Below, in pieces: positions 51,324-64,000 of a DNA stretch of 64,000 nucleotides (position 1 is the first letter of the stretch; every line of letters begins with the position of its first letter). The DNA comes from Takakia lepidozioides. Taxonomy: Eukaryota > Plantae > Bryophyta. The notes under the pieces were generated by a model that had not been told where the DNA came from, searched no databases, and saw only the letters and a program-made list of their open reading frames with translations. The position numbers and the translations under genes were made by a program. The DNA lies in NCBI GenBank assembly GCA_030704615.1, contig CM060733.1:33604001-33668000 (forward strand), read 5' to 3'.

Positions 51324-52062
51324 GAGGTTGGGTAGCGAGTGAGCATGCTCACGTGAGCACAAGGGCATATTCCCTGAATTCCCGGGAAATTTCTGGAAAA
51401 TTTCCATAGCGAAATGAAATTGACGAAATTAACAAATATGCGAAATTAACACATAAAGAACAAGTAGCCCCTATACCTGATGAACATGTTACCCTATAGG
51501 CGTGGCTTTTTCTCCATAAGAGGCGGGAGAGTGGGCGGTGAGGCTTCACCTCATCTTTAAGGTCCTTTGTCCGTTCCCTTACTCAAGAAAAAAAAGAAAA
51601 AAAGAAAACTCACATGGATAATTTCATACTGCGAAATTTCGCCTGAGAAGCAATCACATTGTGGCTAAAAGGATGAATAGGTCCCTTTTCAAGCCCCCCA
51701 CCCATTCCTTTTGGATGTAAGATTTTTGGGTGATGGGATTTCTCAATGCAAAACCCACCGCTTGCTTAGTTTGTACCCACATACCGTTGTTTAGTTTGTG
51801 CCCAGTATTTCTCAATGCGAAATTCACTGCCGCCACTACAGGTTTAGGGTTTTTGGCTACAATACTGAAGGTTGCGCCTCGCCGAATTGGCGCAAATATA
51901 CCGTCACATAAATGCACCAGTACTCTATACCCGCTTATGGTTTTATTCCGTTTTGAAAACATATAACTCCTATGACCGAGGTTTAAAAACATAAAACTCC
52001 CATGACCGTGGGTTGTGCTCACGTGAGCATGCACACGCTGTGCTCACAGGATACCAACCCCC
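51324..52062. mobile_element. Non-autonomous DNA transposon (MULE- or hAT-type MITE)
   Basis: TIRs G(A/G)GGTTGG..TGAGCA..TGCTCACGTGAGCACAA. TSD ATCACAAA at 51316-23 / 52063-70 (9 bp with one mismatch). Confidence 0.8.
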
Positions 52063-52460
52063 ATCACAAATTCAACGGCGATGAAGTGTCCTTGATGATG
52101 ACGACGGAGGGGAACTGTCTAGTACAAAGCTTTGACTTGAGGACCATTAGATTGGAGCAACTGTATGAGTAAGATATCATTAGTCTCTCACAGTGATGGT
52201 GCAGATCGTGTTTTGTTTTCGTCGGTTTTTTTATGTGTTGGAACGGGTAAGTGTCCTTGATCTACTTTCCTTAGCACTCCCACAAATGGCTTCTCATCTT
52301 TAGTTCTATACTGACATCTAGTGTGTTCATGGGATGTTAAACAGAAGTGCAGCATACACTTTCCTCGGCCCCAATGAATGCAAAGTCGACTGTATCTGAG
52401 TGAGGCAATTGTAGTCAGTGGTATGCTTGAAAAAAATTCAAGGATCAAGAATAGGAGTCA

Positions 52461-55400
52461 TTAGGTTTTATTAAAAGTACTGATATTTGCATCTGCAGTC
52501 TCCATAGGATTATGTTCCTCCATTCTATCTCTACTCAAATCATCCTTGGCAACATTCTTTTGTTCTTGAAACTTTGCATATACTGCATCCAAAGCCTTCC
52601 GCACAGAAATTTTGGGTTCTGTTGCAGCTTCATGACTACAACCAGGACTTGCAATAGCTAGTATTTGCTTGGAACCAGAGGAGGTGTCAAAAGCCTGGTC
52701 TTCATTGGTTGTTGGAACTGTTGTGATTCCCAAACTGCTAAGTCGAAGCTGCTTTGATGTCCGTCGAAATGGCTCATGAAAAGCATCATGCAATCGCCTC
52801 ACCTGACCGTACCAACTACATAAGTGACATCACATATAGTTGCATTCTTCGAATGATAATAAAGTAGGATAGCCAAGAAATTTGTTTACATGCACAAAAG
52901 GAGATGTTGATTTAGGGTTGGCCGAGCCACACCTAAAAAGAGATACATTCTGGATGCATGATACCAAGTGCTCTTTACCTTCCGTTCTCCAATGCCCGGG
53001 CATCGTGCCAGCTCCTCCATTGAAGCTCCCATAATAGCTGCCATGGTCTACATACATGCTCATGTCAATCCTTGGGGCCATTGACTAGTTCACCTGATTG
53101 CAGGAACTGACATATCTTCTTGGGAGCATTTGTTAAGATATCTCGACAGAAAAGTTAAGGACATAGTAAGTAAGAAATGTATTAGAACTGTCCAAAAGCT
53201 AACTTCAGTGACATTTGAGGAGAAATTGACATACACTGAACGTGCTCCCCAGGGAGATGGCATCTGTCTTATTTACGCGTCTCACTGTTGTCAGCGCACT
53301 AGTCAGCTGCACTAAAGGATCAAATAACAGACTTAGAAAGGTTATTGAACCACACAAGGGAGAGGGAGGAAACAAGGAGGAGAAACCCCCAGCTACAATT
53401 TCAGAACACAGAATGCAAGAGTATGTGCTCACTAGCTTTGTGGGCACAAACCGCACACCTGGTTCAGACAGAGAAAACAAAGAATGATGATAGTATTATA
53501 GCAGATGCACTGACACAAATCACCGGGATTTGTTGTCACCAAGCATTGCCATATCACGATGCTCCTAGACACAAAAGTTTCCAGTAACAACAGTAGAGAC
53601 CCATGCACGGACAACTCAAAGATAAAACATCTCGCTAATTAAAACATCTTGAAGTAACAGCAGCCTTGACACTCACGTATTTTACTGCTAGATATGGGGA
53701 TGGCCAGATATTAAAGCCTACCCTCGAGACGTAGTCATTATCGGTACGCTCCTGAATGTTGTCAGCGGGCTTGTTCTCATACATCTTTATCGTCTCCAAA
53801 TACCGCGCACATTCTTCCAAACTGCAACGTCAAGCCTGACCTTAACTCAGGCATCTAATAGTCAAATGACACCCAGTATCCAGTTTTTGTCTACCAAAGT
53901 CACTTCAACAACCCAATGAAGACAGAGATAAGATGACTAGAGCATACATCCAAAGCTTCACTGCAGGATACATAGACGACACTTGCGACCGCCTTCCTAT
54001 GAAATCCAGTCAAGATAATCTCACCAAGATAATCTCACCTCCATGCACAAAGAAGGCTTCAGTATCCAGTTTTTGTCTACCAAAGTCACTTCAACAACCC
54101 AATGAAGACAGAGATACGATGATTAGAAGGTGGAGAGCATACATCCAAAGTTTCACTGCAGGATACATAGACGACACTTGCGACTGCCTTCCTATGAAAT
54201 CCAGTCAAGATAATCTCACCTCCATGCACAAAGAAGGCTACAGTCATGAAGAAGAGCTGTCTTGGTCACCTCGTGCAACGGCTTTATCACATCCTCCTGC
54301 ATATGCATTCAAACACTCATAATTGAGTACAAACACAATCATTCCTGAAGGAATGACGCCCCCAGACCAGAAGTACATGAACCAACAACTTTCATTCATT
54401 CACATATAATTGGGGCAGAAATTTCCCGCAATAGGCTCTCTCTCAAAACAATTGCGTCACCACATGTACAATTTAGCTCTCACTCCTCTCAAAAAAAGTC
54501 GACATGGAGTGGCCGTGGACTGTCTAAAGGAGGCACAGAATGCCTCAAGGGAATGCCGCACCACGCCATTTCACGCTGCAGAAGCAAACAGAGGGTGGAA
54601 ATGCTATGCAGCAGGAGAGAGAGGTAGGAGCACTGAGGAGTGACGAACATCAGCAGTGGATCCATAACATACTCCCAATTGCATACAGGGCACTTCTTGC
54701 CGCGACAATTGCAGCCTTTTCACTCTGATCAGGGCCTTCTATATGCACCGAAACTGCATGCTTCAAGATTGCAGTTTTTGTGGTTCACTAGCAATATTCT
54801 ACTGGTTGACACTCAATGGGCGAAAAACCATACTCACCACATCAATGTGGCAGAGGACAACCCTCAAACGAAAGCTTTTCAGCAGTTCTCGGATTCGAAA
54901 ATACAGATAGTCAGGATGCAGCAAATGATATCGTAAACTGTCAACACCAAATCTGACTTGTTAATACCAGGTAGTTCTCGGATGCCAGATCTTCATTTGA
55001 AATAGAGATAGTAAGATGGCATTGTAGACTGCCAACACCAAATCAGACTTGTACAAAGTAATTCTCAAATGCGAGATCTCAAGGTCTATTACTGCCAAAT
55101 CTAGTCTATTACTAAGGTCTGCCAAGGTCTATTACTACCAAATCTGGTCCATTACTACCTCTACTATGCCCTGCAATAAAGGAAGTCTGCAATAACAAGA
55201 CAGACCTAGCAGGCTATTCCGAACCAAAAAGGAGAAGTATAAGGAGAACCTGAGATAGAGGGCACAGGTGGTCTGGCCAAGCAAGTAGTCAGGAACTATG
55301 TCACCGAAAATCCATCGCACATTCTGAATGTGCTTCAGCACTGGATTCCCTTGCTGCACCCAATAGCAGCTTTTACAAACCACCTAACATAAAAGGGGGC

Positions 55401-56070
55401 TAGGGGAAGTGAAGGGCTGCCAATCCTTAAACCAGCATTGTAAGCAGATTGTCCTTGGCTGTGTCCATATGTGCCCTTCAAAGAGAGAGTGAAGAGAGAT
55501 TGTACTCATAAGACGTTGTTTGCCGTAGCCTTGTGGCCATTGACCTCGCGCCCAGTTTGAGCGGGAACAAAAGGGACAGAACCTACCTCTGTCAGGGGCT
55601 GACGTTGGTAGTAAGACTTACCTTCATATATAGAATTAATCCGGGTTTTCCAGATATCCTCTAGAAATCCCTTCACACAAGCATCAATCTGCTGTGTGTG
55701 ATTTGCCCAAAAACTAGGCCTCAGGAGGGCCTGGGCTTTTGGCTCAGCCTCGAGACTTTCAAAGTTGGTAAACAGGGGTACAGGCACAATTCCCTTGATA
55801 GATTTGAAGAGAGCGTCTCTTTGGTGAGAGAACCCCGGACAGTGTATCAGAAAATGAATACTGTCTTCAGATTGCCCACACAACGGGCAATTGCACTCTC
55901 CCTTTCCTCTCTGCTTCTGTTTGCTGTTCAAAGGTAGGCTTCCTGCCCTGAGTTTAAATTTCAGTCTAGTTCCGAGAGTGGGTAGACCCTTGAGGTCATC
56001 CAAGATGTCCTCCCCCATGTCACTGACTGGAAACAAGTTCAGGGAAGTTTTCTGCCTAACTTCAGAGTGA

Positions 56071-56102
<32 letters not shown>

Positions 56103-57113
56103 AGGACACCTGGCGACGGCTGACCACAATGGCATTTCGAGCCTGCCCAGGAAGAGGTGGCAGTGGAGCTCTACAACAAACCATTCCAGCCCCAACTTTG
56201 TTAAGTTCAAGTGGAAGGTCAGATGCAATTCTCACAAAAACAGTTCAGTCCCACTGCCTAGAGCTAGCTTCTGCTCTGGTGGCTCCTATACACTTTTTCC
56301 TTTCTGTCCCCAAGTATCATCTCTTTTTTATGCTCTGCCATCACTAACACATCACTAACAGAAGTATCATCCCTTTTTCATACAACAGATGTACGCTGAA
56401 TCCAATTCACAGAGGAGGAGCATAAAACCCTAAATACCCTCAAAAACCTAATCACAAAAGCTGAGTTGCACCAAACACCGCTTCCACTATATTCAGTAAC
56501 CGCGACTTCCAGAAATTCACTGTTGCGTGGAACTTTAGTGACCTACATGCAGTTTCCATGATATGGCACCACAAAGAACAAACAGAACATCACCAAACAA
56601 TCTCCACTCTACGTTACCTTGCAAAGGTTGTCTGACGCAAGAATTTAGCGAAAAATACCGTTCACTCACTCCAGTACTTATAATACTCAAGGAGACAACA
56701 TCATCAAATCCAGAGAAGGGCACTTACTCTTGTATGGAGGTGCCGCCACCGATGCTTGGTCCATAAGCTCCTCGCTTGGGAGCTAAGGCCAAAGGAGGAG
56801 GTGGGGCAGCGGGCGGGGGAGGCGAGTAAAACTCCGTCTTCCTCAGAAAAGAGAAAGCTTCCGTGAATGACGAGGGCTGACCGGAGCCCACACTGGCGGG
56901 TTCGCGAGGGGTAGGAGTCTGAGAGACATTGGAAGGAGAAGGGGCAATTGGCGGTGAACTATAGCGAGAACTGGGCTCATTCACGGTTGACGAGGACGAG
57001 GGCTGGAAAAGGGAGAGAGGGCGTAGTGGGCGTGACTGCTCCAGCACCTCTGCATGCGAAGGAATTCGCACCACAACTCTCTTCGACGACTGCTCCTCTC
57101 TCTCGGATGCCAT
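52461..57113 (-). CDS. ERCC1: DNA excision repair protein ERCC1, about 9 exons
   Basis: Exons read [11 protein letters not shown] | [27 protein letters not shown] | [27 protein letters not shown] | [25 protein letters not shown] | [21 protein letters not shown] | [13 protein letters not shown] | [16 protein letters not shown] | [12 protein letters not shown]. Confidence 0.95.
53873..54240. repeat. ~185-bp tandem duplication in ERCC1 that includes an exon end and its 5' splice site
   Basis: CAGTATCCAGTTTTTGTCTACC...AATCTCACCTCCATGCACAAAGAAGGCT occurs twice. Confidence 0.85.
55500..56063 (-). mobile_element. 5'-truncated RTE-X-like LINE in an ERCC1 intron
   Basis: Open frame with [24 protein letters not shown]. 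14-bp TSD AGAGTGAAGAGAGA (55486-99 / 56064-77) at a (GA)n tract. Confidence 0.85.
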
Positions 57114-57564
57114 CTCTGGAGAACGAGGTGAGTGAATTTTGCTTCAGTGGGTGAGGATGAGATGACGGAACGCTGCCGTGGTGGGGTGACTACAAGAAGT
57201 GATTATGAGTTCTCTGACGTATCCGCTTGATAGTGGGATGATGGCAGGGGAACTGGGGAAGTGTACATGAGGAGCCCGCTGAATTTGATTGCTGTGACAT
57301 GTGAATGGACTGTATGGGTATGGATTGTGGTGTATAGAGTAGAGAGAGGATTGCATGGTGCTCAGTGTGGACACAAACAATCCCACAGACTTCTCATATG
57401 TATGGACACAAACAACAGGATTAAATAAGTGAAGACTCAAGCAGTTCTCTCCCCTGGAGGACAAGTTTACCCAAGCTGGTCAAGAATCAATATATGAAGC
57501 GAGACGTTTTTTGCCCTGCCCGCCAGGGTAGGGACTACGCATCAAGTTGGCCAAAGTGACCTTA

Positions 57565-57830
57565 ACCTTATATCATGGGTTGTTCCCCACGAGACTTAAT
57601 GGGAACATAAAGGCTTTTAGTTCCCAGTTGGACACATGTTACATAACCTTATATCATGGGTTGTTCCCATGAGACTTAATGGGAACATGAAAGTTTTTTG
57701 TTTCTTGTTGGGCACATATTTCACTTCACGGGACATCGCATCAAGTGACCTTAACCTTATATCATGGGTTGTTCCCATGAGACTTAATGGGAACATGAAA
57801 GTTTTTAGTTCCTAGTTGGGCACATTTACA
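57565..57830. repeat. Three tandem 80-105-bp units, each containing a hairpin
   Basis: ACCTTATATCATGGGTTGTTCCCATGAGACTTAATGGGAACAT occurs three times. Confidence 0.8.
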
Positions 57831-58480
57831 ACTCATATCAACTCATATCCGTGTATCTCACGCCTTGTTTTGTTTTGTCACGTTGAGATGTCCCAAACCA
57901 CGGCCCAGCATGGGTGCTTGGTACCGTTGGAAAGCCCTCGACGAGGAGGGGTGCACGGGCTTGGTCTCATGATTTTTGGACATGCGGTGTGGGAGATGTG
58001 GAATTCCAAGTACTTTTGGTCGCTGGAAATTCATAAAAAATAGCAAAAATGGCAAAGTGGGCATTCCTGGGACAATGGTTGGAGCCTCAATGGGAGAGAT
58101 ATCAGTGGAAAGGTCTCCGGTTCAAATCTGGTCGTAGGTTTTCTTGAAAAAAAATTTAAAAATGATAAGATATGGGATTGCACTTGGATTTAAATGACTT
58201 TGGACACTTGGCCGGCCTCTGCATGGGAGATGCACTGGATACATGAATAGAAGATTGCACTTGGGCTTAGATTTCAATTCTTCACACATGGGCCCACAGC
58301 ATAGGCTACACTAGAGGTCGCACTTGGGCCTCAACATAGGAGACCCACTTGGATACATAAGAAATTGCACTTGGGCTTAGATTTCAATTCTTCATAGGCC
58401 TTGACATAGGAGACGCTACTTGAATATATAGGGGATTGCTGATTTCAATTCTTAACACATGGGCCAATGGCGCATGCTAC

Positions 58481-58741
58481 CACTACGCCAAATCATGGTT
58501 TTTTTTACTCTTTTTTTTGGAGAGTCATGGTTTAAGTTTTTGGAGAGTCATGGTTTTCATGACTTAAACCATGACTCAATGTCGTTTAGGTTCAAAAATG
58601 TCGTGGGTATGACCGAGAATGACCAAAAAGGGTCATGTATATGCCTCTATCCCGGTCAACATTGTTTGACTGGAATAGAGTCGTGATCATATGACTCTAA
58701 ACAATAATGCAGATGACTCTAAATTTTAGATTGGTGTAGTC
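58481..58741. mobile_element. CACTA-type non-autonomous element
   Basis: CACTACGCCAA...TTGGTGTAGT ends with GAGTCATG/CATGACTC subterminal repeats; TSD imperfect. Confidence 0.6.
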
Positions 58742-60907
58742 AACTCCCTTTGCATGACTCTTATGAAAATCCACTGATGGAAGATTTCATTACATGAATG
58801 AAATTTAGATGTTTTCATTCAAAATTTCATTCATCAATTGGATGATTTCATTACATGCAAGGATTTGGATGATTTCATCCACCTATTTCATTGACATAGG
58901 GACTCCGGTACTTTTCAAGAACACCCTCACTGTCACTCTTCTTCCCACTCCGAGAGCCTACTAGGGTGACAATCGAGGGGATGCTATGATTAGTCAAGAA
59001 GAAAGGTTGTTGAGTAGTTAGGGTTTCGGGCTCAGTGCAATGTCCAGAGTTGGAATGTTGCATGAAGTAGTTCTTGTTTTTATCTTGCTGCAAATAGTAG
59101 AGGTTATAGCAGGCAAGCCAATGGATCCTATGATGACATGCTGCCACTTACTGAAGCTCACTAGCACCCCTCAGTGAAGGACCTTGTCAAAATGTTGATG
59201 CTGTCGGATTTTCAAGCACAAACCTCTACCTTGGAGCACGGAGCAAGAGCTGGCATGAGTTTCGCGGAGATCCTTCACGACGGTGGGACAACCACAATCG
59301 CAAGGTGTGGGTTTTTCTTAATGTACGATGTGAAGAAGTTTGTGCATCCTGCAAATGTGGGCTCTGGGCTCCTGTTAGTACCATGATTTGGTATTCTTCC
59401 CGATATTTACAAGGTTCTTGGGAGAGTCTTAGCAGGCCATGTTTCAATCTATGCCCGCTCGGCTGCACCGTGGTGGTTCTCACAGACCAATCCGACATTA
59501 CCTGACTACAGACACAAGCAGCACACACAAGAGGTCATTTTGGGTTCATGGTCAGTCAAATCCTCCATGGGTCACGACACAAGGTCGAGGACAATGTGGT
59601 GAGGGCACCCTCTTCTTCGACCTATTTCAGCTTGTTTTGCCCTCTCATCAGACTCGGCCCTGAATTTGGATATTGAATTCTGTAAGCTAGCTCGTTATGT
59701 GGATCTATGGTGGTTCTCACAGACCAATCCGACGTTACCTGACTACAAACACAAGCAGCACACACAAGAGGTCCTCTTGGGTCAAGCACACGGTTAGTGT
59801 AGCAGTGCTGAAATCGAACATTGTCTTTTCTAGTGGTATGTCTACTTTAGCCCTAATCAATATTGAGTGAAACTGTAACGAGGTTGCAATTAGCTCAACA
59901 TATGCATTTTCCATGTCCGCGGAGTTTCATATGAGATGTGGGTGGAAATTTGAAACCCCCACTACTAGCCTCAAGAGGGTCTGTTTCCTGTTCAGAAGTG
60001 GGTGTCACAGAGGGTATATATTTTCCTGTCTGTTGTAACTTTAGCATCTCATACTTACATTAGGTGACAGTCCTGCGCCTGTTCGTCATCTTTCTGTTTG
60101 AGGGATGGGATGTCTGTGTGACCAGTGGGGTGGGTGACCAGGCAAAGCAGGGCAAGCAGCACAATACCATCAACTATCATTTACAAAGAATTTCAAGGAT
60201 GATGAAGTCAGGCGTCTGATGCATGTAGGCATGGTCTTCCTTTGGGTCTGATTCTATCCCAGGAAAATTGGCATTTACTTCTCTGTTATCTTTCACCTTT
60301 AGAACGTTTTTTGCAAATCAGTTCCCAGCACAGAATCTTGGAAGTTGCTATGAGGCTCAATAAAGAGGCTTTCAACAGAAAGAGCTGACCAAGGGATTTC
60401 TCCCGCACCAAAATACAACCTACAGTATAGATGGGAGACAGTATGTTTGGAAGAGAGGTCTTGCTGATTGTTTCTGTTTGATTATAATTCAGTGTGTGAT
60501 GAGTCTTGGTAGGGCTTAAAACCCCCAGGATATAAAATCACTCCTCAAAATTTTCTCACAACTTGGTGGTTGATCTCTTGTGGATCTGACAAGTAGGCTC
60601 CTCAGTGTTGACTTGGATCAAAGACCAATGCATCAAGCACCTACCCCTAAAATTAGCAGTTTAGTGTTTGTAATGACTACAAAATTGGGAACCCTGGTGG
60701 ATTTGCTCAATATCCTCTCCTACTTGAGGCCAATAGAGGGAATAGGTGTTTATATGTGCTTGTGATGTTGGATTTTACCCAGTCACTACAATTAAACCCA
60801 CCTCCTTGTAGTGGCTCCACATAGCATGTAAAGCACTATTTTCAGTGTTATATGAAGGTTTCCAGAGGATGGTGCTGACTGAGTGTGGTATTGGCTCGTC
60901 CGTGTAG

Positions 60908-61463
60908 CATTTGCTGGATTATTTCACAATCAAAACTGAGAAGACAATGATGGCCAAACTATCTGAGCTGAACCCTCACCAGTATGTCTGGTTCTACAAG
61001 TGAGATTTTTCTCCCTTGTTGCTTATACATTAGTAATGAGGATGGTTGGGTACCGAGATGAAGTATAGTGGCCTGGTCAAGTCAGCTTGGTGAGGTCCAG
61101 TTGTCTCTAGCACCCGCCATCAAAAGTGTGTGTACCGATATCTCGTTTGTAGCATGTGTGGACAATCTTTTAGATTGCAGATTTATATCACCACCAGTCC
61201 TTTGAACTGAAAATAGGTGCATGTTGTTGTGTATGTGCAGCTATTTGGTTAACAACAAGCCACAAGATGGCAAATTCTTTCTTCGGGTGCTAGCGAAGGT
61301 ATAATAACTCACCACCTCCTTATTGTAGGTGACTTTAAATTCTGTTTGGAAGACCATTTCCTTCTAATTCATTTATGCATCTATTTTGGTGTTGTGCTCA
61401 GGAAAGGCAGGTGCTGAAAGGATGATGGTGACTAGATTACACTTGTTCAATAAATGGGTAAAG
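60908..61463 (+). pseudogene. RBCX: RbcX Rubisco assembly chaperone pseudogene. Exons 60908-60999, 61241-61298, 61402-61463
   Basis: DYFTIKTEKTMMAKLSELNPHQYVWFYN | YLVNNKPQDGKFFLRVLAK | ERQ..AERMMVTRLHLFNKWVK. The last exon is 62 nt and frameshifted. Confidence 0.8.
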
Positions 61464-61544
61464 GTGAGTATATCTTTCTCTTCACTTTAACTAATACGTG
61501 TTGTAGTTATTGAGAAGGAAGTGTTTTCAGTGGCGGCATCGAAG

Positions 61545-62560
61545 CTGTGAAGGGAGAGTTTGACAACATGGTTGAACAAGATGTTGTCTCATGGAACCTG
61601 CTGATCGCAAGATATAGCCAACATGTGTGCGAGATGAGGGCATTGGAGACATATGAGCAAATGTTGCGGGAAGGGGTGCAGCCTGACCGGGTCACGTTCA
61701 TTTGTGTTTGCAATGCATGGGCAAACCTGGCAGCCCTGGAAACCTGGAGATCTGGTAAAGGGCAAAGAGGTCGGGGAGTTTCAGGCGTTGTGTGACAAGG
61801 CCTTGGTAGACCACCGCACCACTTCTCGGGATCATCCTGAGGCCGATGGCTTGGCAGAGAGGGTTGTTTAGACAGTGAAGAGGGGTTTGCGCAAGTATGG
61901 CTTGCAGAAGGGACACCTAGGAGATTGGGACCTTCAGTTACCTTGGTTAGCCATGGGCTACAGGTTCAGCAAGCCAGCATCACTTGTCTCCTTCTCACCA
62001 TACTTTCGTCAAAGCTGGAACTGTACCAGATGCAATACCTCGTGGACATGTATACCAAACGTGGGAGCATTCCTTTGTGGACAGGGAGTGTTCAACAATA
62101 TGGCTGAGCGAAATGTGGTGTCGTGGAACGTGATGATCGCAAGACATGCACAACAGGGGTGGGGATTGCAGGTTTTGGAGACCTATGAGCAAATGATGTG
62201 GGAGGGGGTGAAGCCCGACCACATTACGTGTGTTTGCGTTTGCAGTGCATGTGCGAGCCTGCTAGAGAAGGGCAAAGATGTCCATGGTTGCATTGTCAAA
62301 GCTGGAATTGTGGCAGATGTCATTCTGAACAATACCCTTGTGGACAGGGAGTGTTCAACAATATGGCTGAGCGAAATGTGGTGTCGTGGAACGTGATGAT
62401 CGCAGGACATGCACAACAGGGGCGGGGATTGCAGGTTTTGGAGACCTATCATGAGCAAATGATGTGGGAGGGGGTGAAGCCCAACCAGATTTGATGGAGA
62501 AGGGCAAAGAGGTCCATGGTTGCGTCGTCAAAGCTGGAATTGTTGGAACGGTGAACATTG
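61545..62560 (+). pseudogene. PLS-PPR fragments interrupted by a Gypsy integrase fragment (~61750-62005)
   Basis: FDNMVEQDVVSWN..GVQPDRVTFICVCNA and FNNMAERNVVSWN (twice); insert reads HRTTSRDHPEADGLAERVV..WDLQLPW. Confidence 0.8.
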
Positions 62561-63399
62561 ATGGCACAACCACAGCCTGTGGTAATTTCTTCATGTTCCA
62601 TCTTCCCCTCTGATGGGACCTTTCAATCCCTCCAACCAGACTTTGGCACATTCATGTCAGATTATTGAGAACTTCACTCTAAGATGTATATGCTATGCCA
62701 GTGAGGGCAGGCAGAACATACCCTCATTGACCCTTCTGTGTCAAATCCAGTGGAAGTAATCTGTGAACTGACTGTATCCCCGACCATCTTATCCTTCGTA
62801 GCCCATGTCTCTTGCCCACAAATCTGAATGCCATTGATTTGAATTTCTACAAGGTACCAACCCTCTAATTGTCAGCTAGTGTTGTTGATCTGCTTATACA
62901 TGTGTGCATTCATGTGCAGGACATGCGATCATGATCTCTTGTAAGGAAGGAGGCAGAAGGTGTTGGGGCAGAAAGAGGCATGCTATGGACAATCAGCAAG
63001 GAGGAAGGTGTGCTCGGTTTGTCACATTTTTGGATCCATATATATGCAGTGGGTAGTTGGGGTACTTGGGCTACCGTTGAGAGATTAGATTCTTTGAAAC
63101 TCTCCACTTTTTTGTTGATCTGGAGGCACTGGACAGACTTGAAACATGGAACCATTGTCCATTGTCTTTCTATTATATTTTTCATCAATTGTCGAATCTT
63201 TATTTACCCAATTGGCTCGTGACACCATGTATTTGTGCAAAATAATATATTCTCAATATAAATGGTATTATATTTGAATATATATAAATATACTAATTCA
63301 GTAAACATACAATACAAATTAAACCATTGTCCCCTCTTCTTTGAAAAATAAAATATAAAAATATAAAATAAAAATAAACAGAAAACAAATGCACTATTA

Positions 63400-64000
63400 A
63401 GGTAAATATTACAAATTCCATCCAGTTAGAATACTACATGTGGAGTAGAGATGGGTCATGCCCATGACTCAACTAGGTGCCAATAGCCATGCAAAGCGTG
63501 ACACGTGTCCAATCATATTCAAGAACTCAAACCAATGAGGCCATGCTCATGATGCAAATACCTTTCACATTTCAAATTCAAACCATACACTATGCGCCAC
63601 GTAGCCACTCAATGGGACTTGAGTCAGATACACGACCACCTAAAGTTAAACAAATGGTCATTCTCATGACCAAAATGGTCATGCTCATGACCAGGTTAGT
63701 TTCCCCATTCCTACCAGAAACCATACAGAGCGCGCTCCGTGTCCGGGCACAAATGCATCTACAGTTAGATCCATGACTCTCGAAAAAGTTGCTAGATTTC
63801 AACGCGTGGTATTGCTGAACGTGAACGCGTGGTACGTTGTGACATGCGTGCGAGATAGCATCGTCCCTACACCTGTCATCATCTGAAATTGACACATCGC
63901 AGTTCAGGGAGAGTCGTGTGTTGTTAGGAAACGGTCACGGACGTGACGAAAAATAGGGTCATGTATCTTACTCACTAGGGGATGTCACCTAGAGTCATAT
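63400..64000. mobile_element. Probable CACTA-like subterminal region continuing beyond the window
   Basis: Clustered CATGACTC/GGTCATG/GAGTCA motifs like those in 58481-58741. Confidence 0.35.

Noticed and set aside
3-57113. DNA-repair gene cluster (MUTYH and ERCC1)
   Set aside because: The genes are 50 kb apart with unrelated genes between them; nothing indicates functional clustering.
57565-57830. CRISPR-like array (palindromic repeats with spacers)
   Set aside because: The linkers are homologous to each other, there are only three units, no cas genes are present, and the context is eukaryotic.

Overview
Eukaryotic nuclear DNA from a land plant, most likely a non-seed plant. This rests on spliced genes, many PLS-type PPR fragments, a Tcn1-like chromovirus and RTE-X-like LINEs. 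Apparently intact host genes: MUTYH (3' part), a hydrophilic At5g39570/PLDrp1-like gene with an ABRE-rich promoter, a plastid alpha/beta-hydrolase, a TLC/MFS-type transporter and ERCC1. Pseudogenes: a BAHD acyltransferase, RbcX and several PPR fragments. Much of 26-49 kb is transposable elements: nested Gypsy chromoviruses, hAT, MULE and LINEs. Three things stand out. (1) A Dualen/RandI-like non-LTR family (RNase H + CCHC + restriction-like endonuclease) whose 3' end is a ~75-nt, apparently covarying multi-hairpin RNA. It occurs five times, always next to TC/GA or TA microsatellite, including tail-to-tail and as tiny solo insertions. (2) An intact intronless 383-aa ORF with motifs recalling phage/giant-virus proteins. 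(3) A tRNA-less chromovirus with a self-priming signature and an extra 3' ORF. All family assignments come from motif recognition by eye; no searches were run, and exon bounds marked ~ are approximate.
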